A stretch of DNA of 60,650 bases, the filler included, from Rhabdomonas costata (taxonomy: Eukaryota): assembly GCA_019059605.1 (NCBI GenBank). It is 17 parts of 17 records of this genome, joined end to end, with 100 filler letters (N's around TTAATTAATTAA, not from the genome) between each part and the next. Parts side by side here need not be neighbours in the genome. Positions count along the whole stretch, not along the records: positions 50,060 to 53,523 come from JAHMHO010000817.1; positions 53,624 to 57,090 come from JAHMHO010000818.1; positions 57,191 to 60,650 come from JAHMHO010000819.1; 14 more parts are not named here. The stretch is one strand, 5' to 3'. Under the pieces are notes generated by a model. The model was not told where the DNA came from, searched no databases, and saw only the letters and a list, made by a program, of their open reading frames with translations. Positions 50,062-60,650 of this stretch are shown here, piece after piece. A program made the position numbers and the translations under genes. Numbering within the stretch: position 1 is the stretch's first letter; the number at the start of each line of letters is the position of its first letter.

Positions 50062-51504
50062 GCAAAGGAGGTTTATGATTACGCAATGCTTTTATCCTCA
50101 GAGCTAAAGGGTAGGCACTTTCAGTTCACGGAAACTCAGGCCAAGGCGATACTCGACATGCGCCTCGCCAGGCTTACAGGTCTGGAGAAAACGAGGGTGG
50201 AGGACGAGCTTGCGGAGATTGCGAGCAACATCAGGGAATATAGCGCGATACTAGCTTCCAGTACCAAGCTTGTACAGGTTTTAAAAGAAGAGCTATTAGA
50301 GTTAAAAGAACAATTCCCTAGGCAGAGGCTAACGAAAATCGAGCTGATCGAGGAGATGGAAGTAGAAGATGAAGAACTTATACCAGAAGAAGAAATGGTG
50401 GTCACCTTCACTGCTACAGGATATGTCAAAAGAGTTCCGCTGAGTGTCTATAAGGCACAAAGGAGAGGGGGAAAAGGTAGGTTAGCCCTTCAGATGCACG
50501 CGGAGGATGCTCTGTCTGAAATGGTGATAGCGAGCACGCACGCTGATGTCCTGTTTTTCTCTGATCTAGGGCAAGTTTATAGACTGAAGCTATACAAACT
50601 TCCACTCGCCAGCGTGCAGGCCCGAGGTAAGCCTGTGGTGAACCTTATTGCAATTAAACAGAGCGAAAAGATAAGCAAGGTTCTAACGATTCCTCGCGGA
50701 GAGAAGCTAGAAGCGCTAGACGTGGTATTCAGCACCCAGCTTGGTCAAGTGCGAAGGAATAAGTTGTCTGATTTTGGTTACATACCATCTAATGGCAAGA
50801 TCGCCATAAGGCTCGAGGAGGTGGATAGGCTTATATCAGTAGACTTTTGCGGAGAGGGCTCAGACCTCATGATTGGAACCAGGGGTGGAAGATGTATAAG
50901 GTTCCCTGTAGATGATTTGAGGATCTTTAAGAGTAGAAGCTCTGACGGCGTGCGTGGGATAAAGCTTCCTGATGTTGATAAGGTTGTGGCAAGTATAGTC
51001 CTCAGGGGAAGCAGATATTCTCAGGCAGAACGTGATGCTTATCTCTCTATCCCGCTTGAGTATCGTGACAAGTTGCGAGATGAACAGCCAAGCCTTGAGC
51101 TTTTACGGTTACTGCAGAAGAGGAACATCTCCAAGCTGGGAGCCGAGGCTATGGAAACGATGGCGAGGGAGGAGATGTTCATACTATCGGTCACGGAAAA
51201 CGGATACGGTAAATGCAGTTCTTCATACGAGTACAGGACCTCTGGTAGAGGTGGGGTCGGTGTTTTAAACTTTGCTGTGTCTAAAAGGGTAGGAAGCGTT
51301 ATAGGCATGGTCGCGATTTCAGGCCGCAGGGGTGAGGAAGTTATGTTGATCACGAATTTCGGAAGGACTGTTAGATGTAGACTAGGGGAGATACGTGTCA
51401 CAGGGCGGAACACGAGGGGGGTCATCTTGCTGAGGCCTTCCGAAGGTGAAAAAATAGTGTCTGTGGCCTTGATTCGGGAGGAGTTTGTGGATGACCAGAG
51501 GTGA
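50062..51504 (+). CDS. gyrA: Bacterial DNA gyrase subunit A, C-terminal part (5' truncated at the contig edge)
   Basis: Intronless. QAKAILDMRLARLTGLE, GyrA-box QRRGGKG and beta-pinwheel repeats (GRNTRGVILL). The insertion ERDAYL...MAREEMFILSVTENGYGK is of the alphaproteobacterial type. Confidence 0.97.
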   Translation, partial: AKEVYDYAMLLSSELKGRHFQFTETQAKAILDMRLARLTGLEKTRVEDELAEIASNIREYSAILASSTKLVQVLKEELLELKEQFPRQRLTKIELIEEMEVEDEELIPEEEMVVTFTATGYVKRVPLSVYKAQRRGGKGRLALQMHAEDALSEMVIASTHADVLFFSDLGQVYRLKLYKLPLASVQARGKPVVNLIAIKQSEKISKVLTIPRGEKLEALDVVFSTQLGQVRRNKLSDFGYIPSNGKIAIRLEEVDRLISVDFCGEGSDLMIGTRGGRCIRFPVDDLRIFKSRSSDGVRGIKLPDVDKVVASIVLRGSRYSQAERDAYLSIPLEYRDKLRDEQPSLELLRLLQKRNISKLGAEAMETMAREEMFILSVTENGYGKCSSSYEYRTSGRGGVGVLNFAVSKRVGSVIGMVAISGRRGEEVMLITNFGRTVRCRLGEIRVTGRNTRGVILLRPSEGEKIVSVALIREEFVDDQR

Positions 51505-51651
51505 GTTTTGGTTTGATGGCGGCCATTAAGTTAGTGTGCGTGGCGCCTTTCTACTTCAGGTGCTATATTGTTGCGCTGTGTGATGTAGTGGTCATCTCAT
51601 AGTCTCTGGAGCTTAGTGGGAGTAGTTTAGGAAACTTGATGTTAATTGTTT

Positions 51652-51837
51652 ATGATAGTTGTGAATTATTTGGGAAATGTAGATGCTGCCATACGTACCT
51701 TGAAAAGGAGAATGCAGCAGGAGCTTCTCTTCAGCAAAATGCGCGAAGTTAGGGCATATGAGAGTCCATCGGAACGCGCCAGGAGAAAGCAGGCCGAAGC
51801 TTTCAAAAAGCGCGGAAGATTCAGGAGGGGGAATTAG
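51652..51837 (+). CDS. rpsU: Bacterial 30S ribosomal protein S21
   Basis: MIVVNYLGNVDAAIRTLKRRMQQELLFSKMREVRAYESPSERARRKQAEA matches the bS21 pattern (LKRKMQRE...YEKPS..R.RK..EA). Confidence 0.92.
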   Translation: MIVVNYLGNVDAAIRTLKRRMQQELLFSKMREVRAYESPSERARRKQAEAFKKRGRFRRGN

Positions 51838-52086
51838 TGGTTGTATCCTCCTATAACAGCGTGCCATATGTACCAGGTGTTGCCTATTTCTCCTGGGTAA
51901 TGTTATAGATAGCTATTTTCTGGTTAGTTTTCTGTTGAACTTGCGAATTTTTCGGTCTTTAGTTTCAACTGAGGATAAAACTTTGATAGAAACCATTAAA
52001 ATAGTAAAGTGTACACTCAAGGCTACCTTAAGCATTTGGGTAGAAATAAAAAAATCAATGTTGACAACTACGGGGGAGGGGAAGAC

Positions 52087-53100
52087 CTTATCGCCAGACT
52101 TTCCCCTCTTCTTGGAGAAGGTCCTGGCCTCCTCGTTGTAATAGATGTCCCCCCACAGCCGCCGGGCGAATGCAGAGTGGTCGAGCCCAGGGAAGTACCC
52201 CGCGTACAGCTTCGCAAAGGACTGCACCGTGAAACTCCACCCGTGCCGCGACGACGCGAACGCCACGTTGCCCAGCTCCGGGGAAAGCTTCTGCGGAACC
52301 CCTGCGAAAGTGGGCAAAAGAGCACAACAAGGAATGTACTGCCCTTCGATGAAAGGCTGCCTTCAGAGTGGCTTCGAATAACGCATGCGCTTTGGCAAGA
52401 GCACGTTGTTTTGGAAAGGAATATCGGAACATTGCCCAATTGCGCAGCAATCCGTTTTTTCAGGGAAGGGCACGCCCACTCAGCCCCACCTTTGAGGTGG
52501 GGGCACTCGGCGATGACGTTGTTGACCTCCTCGATAGTGTGCCGAAGCTTGATGTATGCATCATCCGGGGGAAGCTTGAGCTCCAGAATCAGCCGATCCA
52601 CTTTGTTCACCACCAGGCACAAGGGTAGCTGAATCCCACCCCCCGACAAACACAACCGTTTCATGTCTCCTAATGCAACCCAACTGCAAGCACAGCAGCA
52701 TTACTCCACTGTAGTATGGATGCCCACTACGGCATCTGCCAACCTTTTGGATTCAACTCCACAACTCCACGCACCCAATGCGGCTGCATGAACAATACCA
52801 AAGAAACATATTAAGATGGGCGGACGACCCCTTTCATATTGCGTGCAAAAAATGACCCCTGAAAAAGCCAGATCACGGCACGGGGACCACCATAAACCTG
52901 AAAATGCAGCCACGGGGATTGCTTCGCTGGCTGCAGCTCAAAAGGAAAACGATGCCGCGTGCAACGGACCTGCTCGGCGATCGCGTGCTTGATGAGCTTC
53001 TCCGTGTTTACCATCACTCCCTCAATCGCGTCGACGACGATGCAGACCCCGTCGCACAGCCGCACCGCGGCGCTGACCTCGTCGACAAAGTTCACATGCC
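52087..53100 (-). CDS. EFTUD2: U5 snRNP GTPase EFTUD2/Snu114, internal part (exons 53100-52970, 52628-52490, 52301-52087)
   Basis: [85 protein letters not shown]...[15 protein letters not shown] and LILELKLPP...LRH point to Snu114 rather than EF-2. Introns are phase-consistent. Confidence 0.93.
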
Positions 53101-54215
53101 CTGCAGTGTATCAACGTCATATTGGCACTCCCACAAGCGATACCAGGAAAATCTTGGGCAAAGTATCGGGTATATCCTCACCACACAGCAATTACATCGG
53201 AAAAATAGCGCCCCCGCTATATAAACAAATGCATCAAGTCTCAAACCACTTGATTAAGTCCACCCATTCCCGAAAAATTCAGCAGACACATTACGAAACG
53301 TTAAAAAAAACCCTTTGTTTAAAAAGTTGAGAAAAAGTTGGACCCAATTCTGTGAAACCCAGGCTTCACTTAGCATCCCACCCAAAAACGCGTCCCTTAA
53401 ATCAGCAACGTTGGCATTCTCGAGCACTTCTACAAAAACTCCCCGCTTACCGCATGTTCCAAAGCCGTCACAGGGTCAGAAAGTGATCCAGTCAACAACC
53501 CTCAGCAAATGAGACACCCCCCCNNNNNNNNNNNNNNNNNNNNNNNNNNNNNNNNNNNNNNNNNNNNTTAATTAATTAANNNNNNNNNNNNNNNNNNNNN
53601 NNNNNNNNNNNNNNNNNNNNNNNCACCACTGTGGCCGGATGCCCCGTGGCACCCGTTGCTAAAGGATCTCACGGTTAGAAGTGTGGAGTGGAAAGGAAGG
53701 CTATATTTGGATAAATCTGGGAAGTTGAGACCCAGACCCAAGTGGGCTACACTGTTCACTTACGTGGTTGGCAAGGAGGTACAGGGTTTGTGACCTTGTT
53801 GCTAATTCTTTTCTGTTGTTACTCTCGCAGGCGCAAGAGAATACTTTTGACGAAGAGCTTCCCCGTGCACGTGGCATGGTTATACCGGGTACCTGGTTAT
53901 ATCCTCCCCAACCCATCCCTGCGCATCACAAGCCCAGCTAAAGAGGAAGAAGGCTAAAAACAGGATAAAAGGGGGTTCTCCCCCCCCCCTCATTCTCAAG
54001 GTAGCTGCAAAAAAAAAAGCAAGCGCCTTCGTTCTTTCCTTCCTTTTCCCCACCAAGCTAAACTACTTCTTTCTTCCGGCCTCGTTGGACCAAAGCTGCA
54101 GCTTAGCTCTCGAGCTTAGTACCAGCGAGTCGAGAGCTCGGTGGTGTGCTTCAGCCTTTTCAAGCTCTCCGCTACTTTTCAGTGTTTCCTTTGAGGGGGA
54201 TAGCGTGTCTCCAGT

Positions 54216-56810
54216 ATGGCCACTCCCAGCCTCAACAACGAGAGCTATATGTCCAAGCTAAAGACGTTTATGCTACACCACACACAGCCTGCGTTCGATA
54301 AAGTGGTGACGTGGCTTGAATCTTTAGGACAAGCAGGGGAGTTAAAGAGGAGACAGGAGATTCAGCAACAACAGCAGGCGCTTGTGCGCGTGATGGGAAA
54401 TTGTGAGAAGTGGCTAAGGGCGGCGACGCAGATGCTCACGTTCCTTGCAGGTGCAGCAGAAAGAAGGACCCCAGATATATGTGCGTTGATGGGTTTGGTC
54501 GAAGCAGGTTGCAAGGACATGGAGGCTGCGAAGAGAGCATTAGAGGTGTGGAACGAACTAGCAGTGGAGACGAAGGATATAAACCCGTGGACAGCTATAG
54601 CTCCAGTATTCCAGGAGCACGCAGTAGCCACGTACGTGCTGCAGGTGGTGGAAGAGCTGAATAACCCAGGTTCGCCCTTGATACATGAGAGGGAGCGGAT
54701 AGAGTCTCTGCTAAATGAAGTGTTGCGGTGGAAGTTCCAGGGTCAACCACATCAACAGTACCTTCCGGAGACCAGGCGATGGATAAAGACACCACCCCCA
54801 CAACCTAAGCCAAAAGCCCCAGTTTCAGAGTTGTCTAAAATCCTTGCAGACTTCAAACAAGCACGAGAAGAGCCCACCTCGAGGAAAGATGGGGGCGCAG
54901 TCCACAGTGAAGCTAAACCCAGAGGTCAATCAGAAAGCTCAATGGTTGCGGTTGGTGAACATGTCCCGAGGGTGAAGCCTCAACCCGTTGATGTGGGAGC
55001 TAAATCAGCGGTTATACCCACAGCTGGAAGGCCGCAGCGAACACAGTCAGTTCCCAGAGAAGGTGATAGGGTCAACCGAGTGCAGATAAAAGTACCACCG
55101 TCATATACGGTTGCGACGAGGGCAGAGGCCACAGACGTAAGAACTTCCGTAGAAGGGTCTTGGGGTCCAGATCCCTCACTGATGCAAGTGGATCCCAATA
55201 CGCCGGCGTGGGGAGCCGCTCCGAGACAGTCAACAGCAGGTCGTAGAGGCCAGGCAGGAGCTATAGCTGCACAGCCAGAGGTTACACTTGCGAGAAGGGT
55301 TGGGATATATGGAGATTTGGAACCAAGTGCAACACAGTTGGTACATGACGGATGTCCCTTGCCGGAGGGAGCGTTACCCAGGATAAAGGACAGATACTAC
55401 TGGGAAGCGATGGGAGTTGGGATTCCCGCGGATATATTGTCAGGGACTGGAACTATATATCCCGACAGGTATCACCCTCGTCCGGAAGTAGAATACGAAG
55501 TAGAGACCAGGTTCATAGGGCTAAAGAGACTGAGAACCCACCCACATCGGGCGATGGACAGTCAGATAAGTATGTTCTTCAACCACCAGAGTGGATATAA
55601 GGAGTCGGAGTACCCCGCAGAGATAAAGCCGCACACGTTTCTGGCCACCGTGTTGGAGCTTCGAACGTTCTATGAGTCGTTCCAGAAAGAGTTTAAACAA
55701 TACCAAATGAGAGCAGAGTTCGGCAGGCTGATAACACTGATAAAGGTGATGGCACCTGAAACCATGATATACTACTCTGCCAAAGTCCCAGCTTACGAGG
55801 TGGTGTCGAGATTTGTGGGGTACCCCGAGCAAAATGGAGATATATTATCGCGTTTTGAGTGCAGTCGTGAGGATAAAATTGAGTTGTTGTACGCACTGAC
55901 ACCTCGGTTAACGGTGACGGGGGATCCGGGAAAAGGGCCGGATGCGTATGCCTTCTGCAGAGAAGCCATACTTGTGATCCCACCGTCCTGGATAAAAAAA
56001 GCGGAAAGTTTCCAGGGAGAGGGAATTTTAGCCCTGGAACGTTATGAAGAGCGTGAACCGATAAATTCGCCCCTGTACCAGTGGCTCTTCAGGTTTGCAC
56101 TGACGGTGGATATTGTGAGGAACAAGTTGAAGTTTGTCAAAGAGAATGAAGAGGATGAGCTTGTGGAGATGGCCATATACGCGTTCAAGCTGTTGAGGGT
56201 CAGAGGTTCGTATGACGACCCAAAAATTCACGAAGATCCAGTGGCATTGGCCAGATATATGCGGGAGTACGTGCTTGAATCGTGGATTCAGTCGGGGTTT
56301 TCGTCTAAGGAAGTGGTCTTGAAAGTCCATGGGAGGCTGGACGAGATATACCAGGTGGACCCGGACGAAAACGTTGCGGATATACGGACAACCATACCAT
56401 ACCCTTTTGCTGACGGAGTGGTGTATCCCGATGGATATAATGACAGGTCCACGCTACGACCAAGGAAACGTGTGTTTGTATCGAGGATGGTCACGGATAA
56501 AGAGTGGATAGAGAGCGCACCACGTGGATCGTATCTTTTCCACGGGGATGACTCGACCAGGGACGACAAGGAAGACAGAGGTGACCCCTCACCCCCACAA
56601 GAAGATGGAGATGAAGAGGGTCCGGACACAGCCGGAACGACTGACAAGGGGGACGACACCGGGCCGCCAGGTGGTATGATGGATATGTCAGGAGGGGATG
56701 ATGAACCAACCCAAGGTGAAGGTCTAGATCCGGAAAAAGAAGGACCGGGGGGACCATCAGAAAAATTTATCGATCTGACAGCGGTAGTGTCCCAGTACGA
56801 CCCTCTTTGA
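54216..56810 (+). CDS. 864-aa intronless orphan ORF, probably from a mobile element or virus (gag/ORF1-like)
   Basis: 2.6-kb uninterrupted frame in an otherwise intron-dense genome, with a purine-rich coding strand. Helical N-terminus, Pro-rich linker, globular core and acidic tail. No catalytic motif recognised. Confidence 0.75.
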   Translation: MATPSLNNESYMSKLKTFMLHHTQPAFDKVVTWLESLGQAGELKRRQEIQQQQQALVRVMGNCEKWLRAATQMLTFLAGAAERRTPDICALMGLVEAGCKDMEAAKRALEVWNELAVETKDINPWTAIAPVFQEHAVATYVLQVVEELNNPGSPLIHERERIESLLNEVLRWKFQGQPHQQYLPETRRWIKTPPPQPKPKAPVSELSKILADFKQAREEPTSRKDGGAVHSEAKPRGQSESSMVAVGEHVPRVKPQPVDVGAKSAVIPTAGRPQRTQSVPREGDRVNRVQIKVPPSYTVATRAEATDVRTSVEGSWGPDPSLMQVDPNTPAWGAAPRQSTAGRRGQAGAIAAQPEVTLARRVGIYGDLEPSATQLVHDGCPLPEGALPRIKDRYYWEAMGVGIPADILSGTGTIYPDRYHPRPEVEYEVETRFIGLKRLRTHPHRAMDSQISMFFNHQSGYKESEYPAEIKPHTFLATVLELRTFYESFQKEFKQYQMRAEFGRLITLIKVMAPETMIYYSAKVPAYEVVSRFVGYPEQNGDILSRFECSREDKIELLYALTPRLTVTGDPGKGPDAYAFCREAILVIPPSWIKKAESFQGEGILALERYEEREPINSPLYQWLFRFALTVDIVRNKLKFVKENEEDELVEMAIYAFKLLRVRGSYDDPKIHEDPVALARYMREYVLESWIQSGFSSKEVVLKVHGRLDEIYQVDPDENVADIRTTIPYPFADGVVYPDGYNDRSTLRPRKRVFVSRMVTDKEWIESAPRGSYLFHGDDSTRDDKEDRGDPSPPQEDGDEEGPDTAGTTDKGDDTGPPGGMMDMSGGDDEPTQGEGLDPEKEGPGGPSEKFIDLTAVVSQYDPL

Positions 56811-57190
56811 GACCATTGGGAAGATGACCCAGAAGGAATAGATGAGGACTCGAGACGGGGCAGAGCGTTAAAGAGAGGACGGTCGGTGCAGTCTTCCATA
56901 TCCGCACCCCCTGCGCAAGTTAAAAGGGTGGAAAGAGGCCCTATAAAGCCAGACTTTCCGTTTCGGATCCCAACCGCCCGGATAAATGTGATGAGAACCG
57001 CTGCTGAGAGAGGAGCGGAGGTGAGCGAGTTGGAAGATTATACTGATGGAAAAAGTGGTCGGAAGATAGATTTCAAACCCACGGATAAATNNNNNNNNNN
57101 NNNNNNNNNNNNNNNNNNNNNNNNNNNNNNNNNNTTAATTAATTAANNNNNNNNNNNNNNNNNNNNNNNNNNNNNNNNNNNNNNNNNNNN

Positions 57191-57213
57191 GTCACCCGTC
57201 ACCCGTCACCCGT
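57191..57213 (+). repeat. (GTCACCC)x3 heptamer at a contig start
   Basis: gtcacccgtcacccgtcacccgt read directly; the array is probably truncated by the contig edge. Confidence 0.8.
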
Positions 57214-58571
57214 GAATGCCCTATTAACGTCTCCTTAACATCTCCTTACGTCTATTAGCGAACGCTGTTCTTAGGCAAACTGGCCCTGGATGACCGTTGC
57301 CAACATTATCAACACTAACCTTCTTTTTTACGACATTCTTGGCTTCTGGTCTGCAGCTGTGAAACCACTGTGTCCAACAATGCATCTCATAGCAAACACA
57401 AGGGGCTTTTTAACGCTCTTTGTTCAAGAAAAAGAAAGGCAAGGGGCATACGCGAACATCGGAAGATGCTTTGGCTTGATGGACAGCTGCTGGTCAAACG
57501 ACCTCCGGCACTTAAATGGGAGCCTGGCCTGGACAGCGCGCCCGCCTCCATCGCTTTCCAGGTTGTGGCCCACACAACTCGGAATACCGCCCCAGCACAA
57601 TACGAGGACAACCCCAACAACAACCCACCTCAAGGGTACGTTCATTTGTCAGAAATCGTTCGCTGAGGGGTAGAAGAGCACAAAAAGAGTGCCGCAAAGG
57701 ATGACATGACAGGCTCCAGCACTATGACCCGCACGTCCTGTGGGCGACGGGAGATTCGTTCGGGATTTCAGCTCCTGTAGTCAGGAGCTCTCTGCTTCGC
57801 GATGTGTTAATAATGTTAATGGTTCTTTTTGGAGTGGGGGCATTCTTTTCACAATACGGACCTCTTAAGAATCGAATCCTGAACACGCACAGCTGAGCAG
57901 CTTCTGCTTCTTTGATTCTGGGTCTTTGATCCACAAACATACCAAAGTACTGAAAAAGTCTCTTTGAAGCAACTGGCTATTTTTGGGAACGAGGGAGGGG
58001 GGTTGCGTGTCTCAAGAAACCACCAAAATAGGAAAAAGGTTATTTTAGTGGGGTTCTCCGGTTGAGTACATTTGTACCTAGTCAAAGTGCATATGTTCAG
58101 GACTGCAATGAGTCCACTGGGCCATCCAACAGCTGGGATGGGGATATTTCAGTTTGATGCAACTGCCACGTACTGGCACATTTTCCGGGCGACCGATCAA
58201 CGACAAAACCCCAGGAATGTTTGTATTGTTCTCCCCCCTCCACATTCAGTGCGAACCACCAAAGGCAGAGAATTGAGTAAAGGGCAGGCACAGGTGAAAT
58301 AGCAGGATGCAGTCGCGACGAAAAGAAATACAAGGGAACCGGTGCAAAAAAAAAAGCGCTTTGCTAACGCGCCAACACGATGCAAAAAGCATTTTTGCCA
58401 GCGCGCCAACACCAGAAAGAAGAAATCCAGCGGAGTGACGGGGTAGGGGACACTGAAGTAACATCAGTCCCCCTCCCCCGGATTGGAAATGACGTGGTCG
58501 GGCTTCATGCTGAATAGCAACGAACGCAGGGCACTTGTTGAGTGCAGCTTCTGCTCCCATCGCGGCAAAGA

Positions 58572-60358
58572 TCACTTCTTAGTCTTCTTTGTGAAGCCAA
58601 ACCCGTAGAATAGGTAGTTTGCGTTGGAAATCGGGTCCGCCAGCTTGGGAACAGCGGGCACGCTCCCCGGGGGGTCCTCAAACTTATCGAAATAGTGCGT
58701 GTCCAGCTCGTGCTCCAGCACGGGCCTGGGAAGACAAAAGAAAAAACACTCCGTGGAACTGATTTGCTGCACAGCTGGGATGCACGATTGACTTGAAAAG
58801 TCGGCGACCAAAAACTAACCCGAGAGCAGAGCGGCACCAAGCGGAAATATTCCTCTTCTTTTCTTTTCTTCCTCAACCGGATTTTCGTCCGTATTTTTTT
58901 GTCGATTGCAGGCAGTAGTGCTTTTGCTGTCTCGAACCTTAAGTACCGTCATCGTTGCTTTGAAAAACGTCGTTCCATCACATCATGCCTTCACTTTCTC
59001 TTCCCCACAGTAGAAGGCCTCCACCTGCAAAAAGGTCCGTTCCTGCGAGCAGAATGTTTTCATCCTGTACAATGGAGAAGTGAAATGGTGAGGAAAGGCA
59101 AACCTGTGAGTGGTGCAGAACGTACAGGCAACCATATCGCACCACCGTACCAACGGGTAGCTCCAACAAAAACGCGCCCCCCCCCCCGCCCCCTCGTTGT
59201 GTCCCGGGGCAACCGGAATGGCGCGTGGGTGTTGCGGATGTTCTTCCAGTCGATGCCCGTGAAGAAGGGGTGCAGGGTCAGCGCCTCGAAGGTCAGCCGG
59301 TCCTCGGGGTCGCACAGCAGGCCCCGGATCAGGTCCACCGCAGGGGCGCTGAGGCGGGACTCTGCCGGGAAGTGCAGATACTCCGCCCACCGCACGATTT
59401 TGTGGCAGGACTGCAAGGGGTCCTCGGAGTAGAACGGGGGGTACCCCACCAGCATCTCATACATGATCACCTTTGGAGCGGTGGTGGTGGTGGTGGGAGA
59501 TGTTGAGGCATTGGGCCCGGCGTCACTCGCTCGTTACGCAGCGCCATCCTCTTGCCGGGGGAAGGGAGAACTTTACACTGTGACTCTAACTATTTACGCG
59601 CGGGGCGCGTGTCTGTGGATGCTTGCAGGCGTGTGCTTTTGAGCAGTGAGGGCGCACCCGCGTCATCGGAATAGCATTTTTCCTTTAATTTTCCTTTTGC
59701 ATGATTGCTGTGTACAGTTTCTGGGGCAGGAGTTTCTCTGCGCAGGTTGCACGCTGTTCCTTTTCGTGCCCAATTACGATGAGCACAGATGTGCGGACAG
59801 ATGAACGTGAAGCGAGAAAGGAAGCCTTTCCTGTTATTCAAGGTGTAAAATTCAGGGTGGAGGAATCCAAGAATAAAAAAAATAAACCGAACGGAGCGGG
59901 GCGCAAGCAATACGTACCCCGACGCTCCACCAGTCGCACTCCGGGCCGTAGCCCTTCTTCAGCAGAACTTCAGGGGCAATGTACCTGTTTCGCGCAGCAC
60001 CACAATGGCGAGGGCTCGCGGTCAGCGAGTGGGGTCGAGGAAGCCAAAACGATGAGCCTCACGATCCTCACATTATTCGGGTCAAAGTGGTGGCCAAGGC
60101 ATCCCAGCACCCCATCAAAAATCCAAAATCGTTCTTGTTCAATCCCACGAGAAATGTGAATCAGAAGAGAGAGAAGTGGGAATAAAAACAGAACACTTTG
60201 ACGCGACCAAAGCTGTGGCAGCTTCTCAGCAGTTTGCAGGAAAAAGGGTCAAAGGAAAGAAGGAAGAAGGCCTACCCTGGGGAGCCCACCGTGGAGTAGA
60301 ACATCTTCCGCCTGTTCTTTTGCCACTGCAGCTGCTTGTCTCGAAACGACATCGTCTC
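58572..60358 (-). CDS. NDR/LATS-family AGC Ser/Thr kinase, 3' part (exons 60358-60276, 59984-59918, 59470-59214, 58725-58572)
   Basis: [67 protein letters not shown]...[13 protein letters not shown]...[19 protein letters not shown]...LFYGFGF. All introns are GT-AG and phase-consistent. Confidence 0.93.
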
Positions 60359-60650
60359 CTGAAAGACACAGTATTGGCAGCAATGGAGTATAAAGAGGGT
60401 GTGCTGGGCAGTCGATGTCGGATGCTGGTGGAGGGGAGAGCTAACACATGGGTTATGGACTCTTTTGTCCCACCCCCGCTTTATTCACTTTTGCGCAGCG
60501 GAGCGAGTCACGCTATTCATGAACAGTGAACGCTACTCAGCCACACGCACAAAATTTCTTTCCACCTCTTCACCACAACCGTTCTCTTCCACCATCTAAC
60601 AGCCTTGCACAGGCGAAAAATAGCAAATGAGAGCAACTTGACACCAACCC

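Noticed and set aside
50062-51504. gyrA as a nuclear-encoded organellar gyrase
   Set aside because: It is intronless, differs in codon style from the host genes and is followed by bacterial rpsU, which indicates bacterial chromosomal DNA.
51913-52317. ORF suggesting a Snu114-bacterial fusion protein
   Set aside because: The frame simply reads through the splice donor at 52086 into the junction; there is no evidence of a real fusion.
1-60650. A multi-gene system built from neighbouring genes across the window
   Set aside because: The contigs are unrelated and artificially joined, so only within-contig adjacency is informative.

Overview
This window is not one locus. It is 17 unrelated contigs of about 3.5 kb each, joined by artificial 100-nt linkers (N44-TTAATTAATTAA-N44). 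Most of the sequence is from an intron-rich, GC-moderate eukaryote with short exons and weak GT donor sites; a euglenozoan (euglenid-like) protist is my inference. Many contig ends carry G/T-only tags that suggest whole-genome amplification. Partial spliced genes I could reconstruct are: a cytochrome b5 domain protein, NXF1/Mex67, a divergent TBP-like factor, eIF1/SUI1, EFTUD2/Snu114, an NDR-family kinase, an exostosin (GT47), a P-loop GTPase, an RRM protein, a Pro/Thr mucin-like exon, a possible FAAP100-like gene and a possible NDK-like gene. Mobile DNA includes a decayed Ty3/Gypsy pol fragment and a decayed DIRS-type tyrosine-recombinase retrotransposon. The two most striking items are (1) an intronless Rickettsiales-like gyrA-rpsU segment joined without a gap to an intron of the host Snu114 gene, either an endosymbiont insertion or an amplification chimera, and (2) an 864-aa intronless orphan ORF whose frame stays open past a single TGA to the contig end. 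All family calls come from motif recognition, not from database searches.
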